The position numbers were made by a program, and so were the translations under genes. From Callorhinchus milii (lineage: Eukaryota), in assembly GCF_018977255.1 (NCBI RefSeq), contig NW_024704748.1:13950001-14014000 (forward strand): a DNA stretch of 64,000 nucleotides, in the 5' to 3' direction. The notes under the pieces were generated by a model that had not been told where the DNA came from, ran no database searches, and saw only the letters and a program-made list of their open reading frames with translations. Shown piece after piece: positions 38,071-51,520 of this stretch; positions within the stretch are counted from its first letter, which is position 1; the number at the start of each line of letters is the position of its first letter.

Positions 38071-38573
38071 GCAAAGGAGTCCTTAATGTCTGTTCATCGA
38101 GACCTTTCTTCTGAATTTGTCAACTGCAGGTGCCCTTTATCTCTGCACTATTTCTTGATCTAATGGCCGGGCATAATTGAGCTTGGCCAAGTACAGATAG
38201 ACGGCAAACTGAGCACAGGTGCTCGAGTGTGTCAGAGAGCGACCAAACAAACTGCTTACGAAGTAAATTTTATTAATCAGCACAAATTCAAAATTCAATT
38301 TCCCTTTTTGACCTTTTTAATTAGTTTTTTAATGTTTAGTTCATTAATTTCTGTTTTGCTCCTAAAGTTACAGTCCTACTCCAGACTAATCTATTAACTT
38401 TACCGTTCCAATAAACTTCAACTTTTGATTGCTTGATTTCGTGGAATCTCTGGTGTGCAAGTCTTAACGTGCAAAGCTTTTCTTTCAACAGCATGAGAAC
38501 AATGTTTCTGTTCTACATTAGTTCTGTTTATTAATTATTTATTGTTCGGTCTATTTATTATTTAATTATTATT

Positions 38574-38822
38574 TGGTTGTAAGTCGATTGGCGGATCACA
38601 TTCCAGGGGGTAATAATCCCTCCAAAAAAATGAATCAATAAATAACTTTTGGTCACTCAATCTACGACTGTTTGCAGGACATTGCTGTGCACAATTGGCT
38701 GCCACGTTTCACCCACATAACACACAGTCACTCCATTTTATAGTACATTCGGTGATGCGTTTTGAGGCTACTCAATGACATGGTAAGGCACTATATCAAA
38801 TGCAAGTATTATTATTACTATT
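38574..38822 (+). mobile_element. Long-variant tRNA-SINE, 5'-truncated
   Basis: GGTTGTAAGTCGATTGGCGGATC...ATAATCCCTCC...GGCACTATATCAAATGCAAG. Confidence 0.8.
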
Positions 38823-40454
38823 AATTTGACTAGAACATTACTTTATGATGTTTCATTGACAGATCGTCTCAGTCTGCCTCCTGTGCAGTCCTCATAGTTG
38901 CAACCCTTTACATTTTTACATCAGCCTATGTGTGCCACAAAGCAGGAAATCTCATCGGGGAACTTTCCCCAGCATTTGTTAAATCATAATTTCAGACAAA
39001 TTTTCTAATTTTGCTCTTTATCTCAAGCATGCCAACACTTTACAATTTGAATTCAATTCCCTCAGTGAGGAGAATTGATCCCATATGCCAAACATAGAAA
39101 ATACTAATTGTTTAAAATATTTACCAGATCATCAGTTATATCCACAGCCAAGAGGAAATTCAGTGTTTCAGAAGAGATTCCCTATTCTCCATCTTGAATC
39201 CCAGTTCTTACACAAATTCTCTCATCTCCCTTCCAATAATTAGGAAGGGAGAAGTCCTAATTTGAATGCATAACTCAGTGAAGTAAAATAACCACAGTGC
39301 TTCTGTGATTTTTTTTACTCACGAGTAACCGAACACAGTAAAAACTGGCTTGCAAGCCATGAATTGTTTTGTTCCCCCAAAAAACCCTGTTGTACTTGGG
39401 AGTATCAAGTACTGACTGGTGGGAGTTAGATGTACAGTAATGGAAAATCTTTTGAGAGCAATGCCAAAGAGGGTGGAATATGTTAATTAGAGATTCTGCA
39501 ACAGAATTACTTGGATTGTTTTTGTACACACGCAAACATTTCAATGGAGAATGTGCAGACATTCCCAATCTGCTCAGGGGCACCACAAATGTGTTAGAGG
39601 AATAGAATTTTGGTTTTGGAACTCGATTCGCAATCTCTTTCAAAAACCATCATTCCATCTTTGGATGGCATTGTGTCAATTTTAAGTTAAGTAAAACATC
39701 TCATGTGCTCCAATGCGCAATGTCAATGCTCACAGTGCTCAATATGATCCAACATAAGGTTGTGCTATGCTGCAGCAGAAGGACAGTGTTCCGCATTCCT
39801 TAATTGCAGCTGTTTTATGTCCCACCTGACAGTGTAATAATGGTTTCAAATGTTAATTAATGAGCCATATCCACCATAGAAGAAGTTTCAGCTGTGGAGA
39901 TACTAAAATAACTGACAGTGGAACACAACTCTTCAACTTTATGGAAATGAAGGCTGGGGAGGCGAAAAGCGTTCGATTTCCCCAACCCCTTAAGATTTTG
40001 ACTTCAAACTGTGAGCACTGAGCAGCAGACAGAAGCTTCCAGCTTCCCATTTGCTGCTCAACTCCAGACGACTACATCTGTACTGTTCTGGCAGTTTGAG
40101 AGATCTACTTTCTATAAATTACCTTTTAAAGGGATTATATTATCCTTGCATGGATTTTTCCATGAGCCACCAGTAAACAGATTGTGAATGACTCATATAA
40201 CAATGCACACCTGACTTTTTTCAAGTGAATGTCTTGTTCAAATAATGTGCACAGCAGGTTGACTGATTTTTTTCATAAAGGCAATTGTGGAGAATTGGAT
40301 TGATTATAGATAGAATGGGGAGAGCCTCAATTAAATGAAGGCTTAACAGTGCTGCTTATATTTGAAATAAAGGGAGGTGGAAAGGTTTGTGAGGGCAATA
40401 TTTCAAGAAAATGAGAAGAGTAATCTATTGACAAGTGAAGATGACGATGTGGTA

Positions 40455-40625
40455 TACAATTTACATTTATATAGTGCCTTTCATGTTAGGAGAATGTCTC
40501 AAAGCACTTAATGCTGGATGGGTACCTGAGCTGGAGGTGTAAGCTGAGAGGGGTGGAAACATGACCGAAAGCATGGTCAAAGAGGTATATTTTTGAGATG
40601 TGCTTTGAAAGAGGGGAGGGGGAGG
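40455..40625 (-). mobile_element. L2 LINE 3' end (ORF2 terminus and UTR)
   Basis: TTTACATTTATATAGTGCCTTTCA...GACCGAAAGCATGGTCAAAGAGGT...TTTGAAAGAGGGGAGG. Confidence 0.7.
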
Positions 40626-42939
40626 GAGGAGTCATCGCTTGATGTCATCTAAATTTCACCTTTCCAAGACAAATAGGTGAAATTACTCATTTTAGAAAAA
40701 ACTTTCTGAAACATGAAATGTGGTACAATGGAGCCTTAGAACAAAAACAAGTTTTCAGCCATATATTTCCATCCCTCTTGAGCCGGTATTTCACACACGC
40801 ATTGTACAAGTCCCCTTTGAGAAATGGCTTCCTGAGGCAGTGTACAGATTCCCAAGTGATTCAACATTGAAAACCTCAATTAACAGGTTACAGACTATTT
40901 TGTGTTATCTCAGAAGAGACAAAAATGTCTGAACATGTACAAGGGGAAGGGTTGTATTGAAGTACTGCTCTAACTGGATTTGGGGAGAGTTGATAAACTA
41001 ATCTTTTGACAAATCTTATAGGATAACTTGATGATATAATGAGAGGACAGTAGGGTGGGTTTTCTGAAAGATGAGATCAATTGTTTCATCAAATGCTCTT
41101 GTGATCTTGTCAAAACGATATTGTCACACTTTGTTCAGATCTTTATTAAATTTTCAGGTTGTTTAGAAGATGCTTGAGAAAATAACACAAATGATTTTGT
41201 GAAATGAAACATTATTGCCATTTTATTTGTAGTTGGTAAAACAAATGCTCATAGGCCAAATTAAGCAATGGCTTAATACCGATTAACCTTCCTGTCCACT
41301 TTTCTCTCATGATGCACCCAAACCCAGACTGAAGAATGCTTACCTGCTATCTTTTGTAACTTGCATCCATCATGGAAGAAGGTAGGAGTTTAAGGAGAGA
41401 TTAAATTGCCCAGATAAACCATCAGAGCAAATAGGAACCATTCCTGGCTGAGTGAAACTGGAGTTTACAACCTGAGACGAGCATTGCATCATAAATTTAG
41501 TTGGAGTTGCAAATTTATGTTTCAATAAAATCATGTCATTACATACTCCACTCAAGCAATGCTTGACATAATTAATGAGCGTGTATAGATTTTTCAATGA
41601 TTAAATGTTCTTTCAGTACATCAGTTTTCTGATGGTACACGGATACGACTGATATTATGCAACAAATGACTCCAGAATTGAAGTGAATGTCTTCACCCAA
41701 CCGCTTTACTAATACCTCCAATCTTTTTAACATTTGTAAACCATTATAAAATAAATGACGTCTCACTGCTCTGAAGAAATTGTTCACTTTGGCTTTGACC
41801 CCACACTTATTTGGGAAATCAGGTATTGTTCACACATTGGTTTAATGAAAAGGTCTAAAAGTTTGTGTACAACTCAAAAGTTGTACAGTTTGAAAAATCC
41901 ACTTGTTCAAGCGCAAACTTGAAACCAATAATGTAGGCCAGGATGTGACCACTGGGGACCTGATGCAATTTAGAGATGGCCAATGCTGGGGAATACAAAT
42001 GTATGCTAAACAGAGGACTTTCAGGGAACAATTGTTTTTAAAAATTTAGGAGCTATTTTAAACTGCTTGACATCTTAGAATGTGAAAAGCCTGAAACAGT
42101 GTCTACTGTCACTTGCTTCTTTACACCAGATTCAGAAACATTTCAAATGTTGAATCACCTGAATAAATCCTGATTGGATCCTATATTTGGAACCTCTTCA
42201 GAGCTGCTAGCTGCAGATCCAATCCACTGTTGAATCATGCTTAATTCTCATTTGAGCCTGGTAGAACATAAACAATTTTCTAGCGATAAGCATAACATTT
42301 TGGCACTAAACATGATGAGGTTACTGAAATGCAGAGCATTGGAAAATTACATCTCTTACAGTGAGTTTATGGCCTATGAATGAGCAACAACCTGATAAAC
42401 AGGAGTAACCTCATGGCTTGCAATGTTATGTACAAGAAAATCATCTTCGCTTTATAACATTTTGTAATGAGACAATCTATCTTGGAACTTGCCCTTCCAT
42501 TTTACAACCGAATGGCTTCTCTCCTGCCTCTGTTGTATTCTACATAATAATGCCTCATTTTTGCTGATCCCTGATATCATAGCCCTGTGGATGAAGCTGT
42601 GAAATCAGGTTGCATGGAATTCACTTGCTTATACTGCTAGCATTGAGTGACCTTCTGTACAGCTGCAAATTGGTGACATTTTTCTTTTGCATGACTAAGA
42701 TATAAAATAAAAATATATACAGAAGACCATTTTTTGCTGGCCAAGAGGGAAATAGCTTTTAGAAACCAACTAGAGTACTGGTGCATAACTTTGGCACTGC
42801 TGATATTTTTTCAATGTTTGTCATACAGTCTTTATTAACATTTCATACATCCCAGTGATGAGGTATTCCTGCCGCTGGACTCCCAAGTACCCAACAGCTT
42901 TTAATCTGAAAGCATTTTATAATTTTATTTGCGAAGGCT

Positions 42940-43560
42940 GAGGGATGAGATTAGGGACAGTGATGGTATCAGGTATTGCTGGCATATTTTGAAGTAACTC
43001 CTTGAAGGAACGACATTGAGAGAGTGGCCTGTATCTGATCAGTCCACAAAAGGAGCATTTTCAATGCATTTCTGGTGCTGGTGGAGCAAAAAGGACTATT
43101 ATTCTAACTGTCTGATTTGAATGAAATCCCAGGTGTCAGAAGTAAAAGGACAGTCGAAACACATTGCACAATCTATTCCTCCATAACCATGAAAGGAATA
43201 GTGACTTTATGAAATGGAATTTGGCAATTGGTTTTCTCGTATACCTAGCAAACATCATTGTCTCACTTGCATATGGTATCTTGAGGACTACATGGTATTT
43301 GTATTTTTCCTGCTCTTCTTTTGAAAAAGAGAAGGGTTTGTTGAACATCTTTTGTGAAACCAGTGTCCGTTTATACAGTACGAACAAAATATCCAGTGAT
43401 GTATTAAATCCTAGAAAGCTCACAAATACCTCTTCAGTTTTATCATATAATGATCTGCAGGAAATCAGTATAAATCCTTAGTCTTAGGATTTGTTTGCAG
43501 TTTTGAGACCACAGAGTATTACAATCTGCGCTGTCTGATGAAATTGTTCCTGATTATTTG
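42940..43560 (+). mobile_element. Highly decayed DIRS/Ngaro-like reverse transcriptase relic
   Basis: Frame-hopping LL/RNDIERV/PVSDQSTKGAFSMHF/LV/KKD...VETHCTI...KG...RPQSIT resembles DIRS RT LLAKGAIEEVP..GKGFYSRYFLVPKKDG...METL...KGDW...PTQSIT. Confidence 0.35.
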
Positions 43561-43633
43561 GGTTGAATCTGAATTGAGTACTGAAATTCTGCAAGCTTCT
43601 ATCCAATTGATTTGGGCAGATATCAGATACTGT

Positions 43634-43905
43634 TGGCCTGGCTCAGTTGGTAACACTCTGGCCTCTGAGCAGATGATTGTGGGTTTAAGCCTCACAACTT
43701 TGAATTAAAATAATCTTAGGCTGATACTCCAATACAATGGAGTGGGTGGCACTGTGTTGTCAGAAGCGCTGTCCGTTGAAAGAAATGTTAAATAGGTACT
43801 GTCTTCCTGTTCAGGTGGGTGGTAAAGATCCTATAGCACAATTCAAGAAGGAAAGGGAGTTTTGTTTCTTCTAATGTTCTAGCCGACAATCCTTCAAGTA
43901 AAATG
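43634..43905 (+). mobile_element. Deu-domain SINE 5' portion
   Basis: GCCTGGCTCAGTTGGTAACACTCTGGCCTCTGAG...CTGTTCAGGTGGGTGGTAAAGATCC. Confidence 0.8.
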
Positions 43906-45794
43906 AACGGAACTATATAAAAGTATTATTTTAAGAGCAACCTGTGCCTTTGTTTTGGGGTCTGTTTGTGAATCATATTTTTTATGAAACTAGATTTTTG
44001 TGGAGATTTTACTTTCTGTATTATCCATTCTTTTGGTCGACAGAAATTGCATTTAACAAATCAAAACTATGCCTATCTGATCTATCATATTATCCTTATA
44101 TTTATAATATTCTGAGAGCAGCACTTACTTTATTGGCAGTTTAGATTTTCAGACCAGCATTTTCACAGGTGTGGCAAAAATACACTCAGTCAATCAAGTA
44201 ATTACTTTTTCAAAGCATTGCTTTTTTTTTTTAGCAAGCTTGTTACATAACATCCCCTCAATCCTTAAGAGTATATAGTCTTATACACCCTTGTTCCAAA
44301 ATGCAAGTACAATCCTGTGTTCTAGAAATAAGTCATCTTGTTCCATACAAGTTCAAACCAGCTTGTGTTTATTCTATGCTTCTCTATCAATAACTATCTC
44401 CCTCACTGAGCAGAAAGTGAGCACTGTTGCAAATGACCAAAAAGAATACAGTTTTGCAATTATCTACATTCTTCCCCCAAATTCCAGTTTGGGTGACAGT
44501 GTGCAGTTGGATTTAAGGGGTACGTGTTTTGTGTTGCACAATAGTTCTGAAATGCATTTGGTTAGCTGATGGGAAGGAAGTTGATGGCTCTGGATTGAAC
44601 GTACTTCAGCATTCTGAATGTTCCTCTCAGAAATGCAAACTAACAATGCTGCTTGTGCAAGCAGAACGGAGATCGTGCATTGGTATTATAAGAATAACAA
44701 TAACAAAATTATACTTGTATAGCACCTTTCACGTTGGGAGAACGTTGTTAGTGTTAATAATGTAACTCAGTCACTCTTAAGTGATCAAAAGAATCTACCA
44801 ACTGCTGTCGATCTGACCTGAAGCAGACTTTAAACCAGCTGCTGGCTTGAATGGATCATCTAAAATAACTACACTGAAATGCCCAGCAACTGACCAGGAA
44901 AGAGTGCAATGTACCAACATCAGTCCTGGGAGTACCATTAGCTAACTCCTGATCATACCAGGTCCAGGCAGAGGTTTCTGACGTGCATCACGCACAAGTT
45001 TAAATTCCCAAATATTGTTACCAGGTAGTGTCTTCCCTGGCTTCTATAATGCTGAGGTTATCCTGGGAGTGCTTCTGGTAAATGAAACCATTGTCTAGGG
45101 AAGCACCTCTGAACTAATGCACAGGATTGTGGCTGAAAACTGGCTCCTCAGGGCGAAGCAGCCGAAAGGCAAGCTGAGCTGTCTGATAAGTTAGCTCTTG
45201 GATGTGATACCGTGGTCATCCACCAGATCACGCAACATCGTACATTGGCTTCTGGTTATTACTGAGCATTCTCCTGTGTTTTTTTTATACAACTCGAGAA
45301 AGACACAACATAATTTGCTGTTTAGTCACTGCCTAGAAATCTGAAAGGGAACGAGCATCTGAAATGCAATGATTTGTCCTTTTCTCATTAGTTGAATGCC
45401 CTTTTCCTGAAGCTGAAATTTCAGTGGAAATCTCCACTCCAGATACTGAATACAGTGCTGAAATCTCCCCTGATGCTAGATACTGAATATAGAGAAATGT
45501 AGTGATCCTATTTTACAAGCTTTCAGATCAAATGGATTAGAAGTAAAATAATCTTTAAACAATAACTATTCAGAAATTACTAATTCCTGGTCTTATATGG
45601 TTCACCTAAAAAACACACAGACACTGCACTTTACAGTATGTGCAGCACGTTAGGACATCCACCTAACATAAAAGGTGACATACCGAATATAAGGATTATT
45701 ATTTATTAGATTTCACTTGTTTTGTTTAAAAGCAGGTTCAATGACAGTTTCTGGCCTCTGCATGGCAACTTCCATGACAACGAGTGATGTAACC

Positions 45795-46020
45795 TTCATT
45801 GAAGCACATCCTTAACATCCACCTGAACATGCAGACTGGATCTCGTTTTAATGTCTCACTCGAAGGACGGTGCCTCTGACAATGCAACACCCCCCTGTAC
45901 TGCATTGGAGTGTCAGAGTAGATCATGTGATTCCAAGGCCTGACATGGAACTTGAGCTTGCGGATGTCTGTGATAAGGGTGGGCGTCTGACTCAAAGGCC
46001 ACCACTGAGCCAGGCTGACA
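45795..46020 (-). mobile_element. Deu-domain SINE 5' portion
   Basis: CATCCACCTGAACATGCAGAC...GAAGGACGGTGCCTCTGACAATGCA...GGAGTGTCAG...CTGAGCCAGGCTGACA. Confidence 0.8.
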
Positions 46021-46601
46021 CACATAAAGGAAAGGTGCATAATGTTGATCTTAATGTTCATGCCAACCCAGATTACAGTTCACACTTAAAACCTTGGCAA
46101 CACAGTTTGTTGCAGGTTCAACTAGTTATTGCCATTGGATACAGGGCCATAATGGACATTGCAGGTTTACTGGAATTAATCATTTCAGAACAATCTTTTC
46201 AAATCATGAGGTTGAGAAGGAATAGTATTTTTGCTTTTCACAACATTTTTACTTTTCACAACATAAAGCACAGTTTGTAGATTATAGTTGAAGAATGAGC
46301 TGGACGCAAGGTGGCATGCTTGGCAACAGAATGTTTGAATTGAGTCAACCTTGTGTGGTGGTCTCAGTAGTCCAGTTTCTGAGTCAGGTGGATCCGCAAT
46401 AATACTGCTGAAGAGACGATCTCAAATAGTAACAGTAACATCCTGTGAAGCGCTTTGAGACATCTTGCTAATGTGCTTAGGTCTATATCAAATGCAAGCT
46501 TAATTATTATTATAAGCCAGCCTTGTCAGCAGGACTTGGAGGAGTAGACCAATAGTTGTTTTTGTGCAATGTGCCAAACTGTGCTTTACACTACTTTAGT
46601 C

Positions 46602-46920
46602 GAGTCCTGTAGCTCAGTGGTTAGAGCACTCGCCTTGCAAGCGAGACACCTGGGTTCAATTCCAGGCAGGGTGAAATCTTGGGCAAGTTTCCTTACTCCA
46701 CACGCCTAATAATAATCCCTCCAAAGCAAAACAATAATAACTTGGTCATTTTCAATCCATGACTGTTTGTAGGACACTGCTGTGCACAATTGGCTGCTGC
46801 GTTTCGCCCACAAATATACAGTCAATTCACTTTACAGCATATTCTGTGAAGCGCTTTGAGACGTCTAGAAGACGTGAAAAGCGCTATATCAAATGCAAAG
46901 ATTATTATTATATTATTATA
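46602..46920 (+). mobile_element. Young full-length tRNA-SINE, subfamily B
   Basis: GAGTCCTGTAGCTCAGTGGTTAGAGCACTCGCCTTGCAAGCGAGACACCTGGGTTCAATTCC ... (ATT)n. Confidence 0.92.
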
Positions 46921-49900
46921 TCTAATTTGTTAGCATAATCTAATCACTTGAAGCTAGAACTCATTGAATATGCACACTTAAATCATTAATACTTTTCCTG
47001 TAAGGACTCAAATTATAATCTTTGTATTAAAATTTCCTCTTTGTTGCAAAATGATTAGGAAAGTAATCTGCTGCATGTTTCAAGGGAAATACTTTTTAAA
47101 AAAATTGCACGCTTTGAATTGATACTTTTTAGTGCTTCTGACCATAAATCACTCATCATTGATTGAAGTCTCTTGGACCTTATCTATGGATCACTTTTTT
47201 TCCCCCCATAACTAATACTGTCAATAATGGCTGGATCTTTATCTGAAATGGGAATCACAAACGTGGACTTGTTCTGCTTGATGCTGATTATCACAAAAAG
47301 GGATAATGTCAAATAGTATGGTAGATGTTGAAAGAAATCCCTATTCATGACCAGAACAGCAGATACATCCTTTTCAGGAATGTTTCCATGGATTTTGAGG
47401 GATAAAGGAAAGGATGTGAATACAAAGGGCTGACTGATGTCCCCTAACATTAATGTGTTGCCATAGCCTGAAGCAGTATGGTCATTGCTGTTAAATTTAC
47501 CAAAATACTGCTGGATGCTGAGGGAATGGATGAGGTAAATTCAGCAGGCAACAGATAGGCCTAATACAGACATCAGTTAAGTCTGAGTGCAATTTCTGTA
47601 AGTTCTTCATTACTAAACTGGTAGCTTCATTTAGATGGGTAGAGATTGGTTAGTGTGGGGCATGGAACAATGTGTACTATTACAGCAGGGTGCTCGTCTG
47701 AGATGGGGAATGAACCAAACTTTTCGAACTTTTTGAAGAATGTGTTTGTGTTGGATTTGAGCTCTAACATTGAACCACTGTATTCTGCCCTCGTTCCTCC
47801 ACTCTGAAGACACAAAGTGTATGTATTTTACAATGTGGCTATTCAATGCCATTTGGGTATCAAACAAAATTAACGAAGGCATCTCTGTTCCAGATTACGA
47901 CATTGGTATTTAAACTATCATAGAGTTTTACTAAGCCTGCCCTTCAGTTGTGGAGTTTCAACATGCTGATCATTGGCATTTCCAGACTGTTGTAAAAAGA
48001 CAAATGGGCGGGTGAGGGCTAGTTTAAATCTTTAATCAGCTGATCTAGACCGTGGAGACACTAATGCACTTTTTATTAGTTGTAGGCAGCACAACTTTAT
48101 TGGAAAGTCTGGGGCCAGATTGCCTTGTATTAATGAGGGTGAGCAGTTCAAACTAAAGCAAAAAGTAGATCTACTCAATTCTGGCTTTGCTCAGCCTTTC
48201 TGAAAATCCCATAAGATGGTTAAAGTGGCTACAAAATGAAGAATACACTCATTTAACTGACTAAATGCAGCAGTACTGCTGGATTAGTTGCATATTTCTA
48301 CAGGTCAGTAGGAGATGCAATTTAATACACGATTTACTGTTTTCAGCTGTTTAATTTGTAATGTCTGTTTGTGTGCTGTGCTTTGATAATGGATAGGACG
48401 TACATCTTTGCAACTGTACAGTGATCTCTTTTTCAGATCTTGGAGGATCAGCTAAGATTTCAGCTCCCCATTGTTGCTAGTACTTTCTGGGTTACACACA
48501 ACAATCCTTTTTCCGTGTCCCCTTGAAAGGCATTTCATGTAATCTACAGGAAAATCCTCAATAATTACATTTTTCTGGTGTAACACGGAGTACATTCTGA
48601 ACATTTTAATCATTTTTACACCATAGGTTCCTGCAATTGTAATTTAATCAGTTGGGGTAAAAAAAAGACAAAGTGATAAATGATTTCCTCAGAAAAACAT
48701 TTATGGTGACCTATTTTGGAATAAAATCCCTGCAAAATAGATTAGTCACTGTGCTTGGTGAGTTAATGGTACACTCAAAGCATTTATGCCATCTTGAAAA
48801 CCACATTTTCCCTATCTATTTTTTTTCTGTATTTCATTAATGGGAATTACTGTGAGAAAATGAAAATGGGGACAGCCTAAGCCAAATCAACATGTCAGTG
48901 TCATGTAGTAATATACTTCACTGTACAAAGAGAACATTGCATTATGTACCTTTGGATTTCTATAGAAATTTCTTATGTATGTTGGATTGCCTGTGTAATT
49001 TTGAACGTTCAACCCCCTGCCAAATGTGTATCGATCTGTGTAAAATGCTCTTATCTGTAGAAAAAAATATGAACAATTAAATTCTACATGTATTTGTCTT
49101 ATTGTGGCATTTGATTATGTTGTAATCAAGAAAAGGCCTTGTTCTGTATCTTTTAATATATCGTCAAGGCAATACTGAATAGTCACTTTACAGAATCATA
49201 GCTTTTTTATTTAATAAGAAAGCAATAATTGATCTGTTTTGCACAGTCAGTGCTGTGAAATAATATTGGAGCTGCTGTGAAATAATATTGGAGCAAGTTA
49301 TTTTTTTCCAATCTTTATACAGAGCCTTTTAAATTCAGAAATGGCAGAATAACTAACTTCAGAAAAGGTCAAAATTCATGCTGTAGTGTAAACCTTTAAT
49401 TCCAGCTGTTTCTCTGTTTGCCAAAGGTTATGAATGAGTTGGGTTTTGGCAATTGTGACCTCTTTAAATTAGGGGGTAGATTGGTGGTGTAAGCTCCAAG
49501 AAACCCAGGCATGGGAAAATAGAGAATATGGGGCATGTGCTGTTTATTATAGAGTAGTTTTGAATCTGTTTGCCCTGTCAAGTTCGTGGGAAGGGATGTT
49601 AACTGCTCTGAAACCCAGCCAGTACTGCACCTTGGAACACGGAGAATGGAGGCAGTATTATTTCATAATTGATCTCCCCAAAACTGACTGCAGAAATTCC
49701 TTAACTATTGAAGTATTATGCATTGTCTATGCTATGTCATTATCATTGTCATAGATACTGGACACATTTGTATAAGATAAATAAATAGTAAGATGCATAG
49801 AAACAAGTGCTGATCCAGGACAATGCTGGGACTAGCATGTTCATCTCATCACTTTCAAAAAAAAATACCACATTACTGTTTGCTTGTGGCATTTTATTCC

Positions 49901-50012
49901 AAATGTAACTCAATCATTCTGCTCCCAGCAGTTCATTTCAATCTGGATGAGCTGTTCATTTTACATTTGTAGGTGTGTGAATGAAGTTTCTGGTTAGGTT
50001 CCTGACTCATAA

Positions 50013-50031
50013 TGCCCACTAGATGTCATCA
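50013..50031 (+). promoter_or_regulatory. Candidate CTCF site
   Basis: TGCCCACTAGATGTCATC resembles the CTCF core. Motif match only. Confidence 0.3.
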
Positions 50032-50639
50032 CAGTACTTCAGAAGTGGCAAAAAATCACAGTTAAGTTGATCTCAACTCACAGCTTTCCTTTAATAGTGA
50101 AGAATTTTGAAACAATGGGCCCATCTTGTAAAGGAAAATATACTCTTCAAAAGCAATTTCCCAACTTCTGATTGGAATTATTAACCAATTATAAAAAATA
50201 AACATCTCAATTTTATTTTTTCCACTTTACGTTTTTATATTGTTAACTACACAGCACTGTACTTGACCAGCAAGGACCACCCTACCCACTAGGGTTTTTG
50301 ATTTATGGTTTTAAGAATCCATATTCAAGCTTCATGTCCCACACAGATTGATCAACCATCAGCACTATGTTACATTAGTCTTAGTTCTGAGGATTAATTT
50401 GACTGACACGGGCTGCAGACTTCTGGATGATCTGCAGCCTGTGGATGGAGGAGTAGGGGAGGCCAACAAGCAGTTGAGAGAATGACTATAATGAGAGAAT
50501 TACTGTTTTGCAGAATAGTGTTTATTTTAAGATTAAGATGGAACTATGCATTTTCCTTTTCAACTGTGGTACTTCTGTTGCAGCTATGATTGAAACTATC
50601 ATAGTCTATTACAGGGATTCTGGATGGACCATTCTGGAC

Positions 50640-51075
50640 TTACACTTGCAACTGAGTCTCCAGTTTGAATCCAGCCCCGACGTACTCACTCTCCCTCTGA
50701 GGGTTTAAGTGTCCTATTAATGAAATGAGGTTGGGCAGTATCAATCTGCAGTATTCCCAGTTGGGGACCTGAGTTCACTGCACAAAAATGTCCTCAAATG
50801 CAACACGAATGGGACTCATTAGCAATTTCATTCTGAGTGCTGCTGTGGGCCATCAGGGAGTTGTGTGTGGGAAATGGAAACGCCACACTGGGCAATCCAC
50901 AGACGTTAAGGTTTAGGCACTGAGCCGAGGTAATGGAGTGGGGAGCTCTGTGTTGCACCTTGACTGATGCACCTGAATTAGAAAATGCTCGTTGCTTTCA
51001 CTAGGTGTAAAGTGAAATGAATGCTGTGTCCCCCAGCACATCAGTTTTCACCTTGGTGAGGACACGTACAAAAAG
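50640..51075 (+). mobile_element. LF-SINE-like relic, near full length
   Basis: TTTGAATCCAGCCC...TGAAATGAGGTTGGGCAGT...CACAAAA...GGTTTAGGCAC in the LF-SINE order. Confidence 0.6.
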
Positions 51076-51274
51076 CCACAGAAATGACTGTTTAACTTCC
51101 AATTTTCAGTGCAATGGTGCATTGAGGGGAGTGTCAGAATGCTATTATTTTAACTGTGTGTTGAGATGGAAAATTATGCCGCTAAAAACAGATATTAAGT
51201 GGCTGTTTCACTGTGATTAACAACATTAACAAGCATTTGTTGCTACTTTGGTGTGAGAAGGTGTTTAGAAGAGC

Positions 51275-51520
51275 TAGGCGGCCTGGTTACTCAAATTGAC
51301 CTTTTACTAGGGTGGGTAAAAGCACAGCCATGCTTTGCTGCTCCTGGTGGGAATCCAGTGCTGTCAAGCCGGCTGGAGAGTGTATATAGTGGCTGATAGG
51401 TCAATATAGCATCAGAGTCAGGTGAGATACCCATTGAAGCTCACGTTCAGAAAGCTGAAAGACTGTTGCTAACTGTGGAGAATTCATCTGCATTTTGAGT
51501 CAGCAACTTCAAGAGTTATC
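51275..51520 (+). mobile_element. Ancient SINE relic (same family as 4010 and 11520)
   Basis: CTAGGGTGGGTAAAAGCACAGCCA...GCTCCTG...ATCCAGTG...GCTGGAGAGTG...GAGTCAGCAACTTCAAGAG. Confidence 0.5.
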
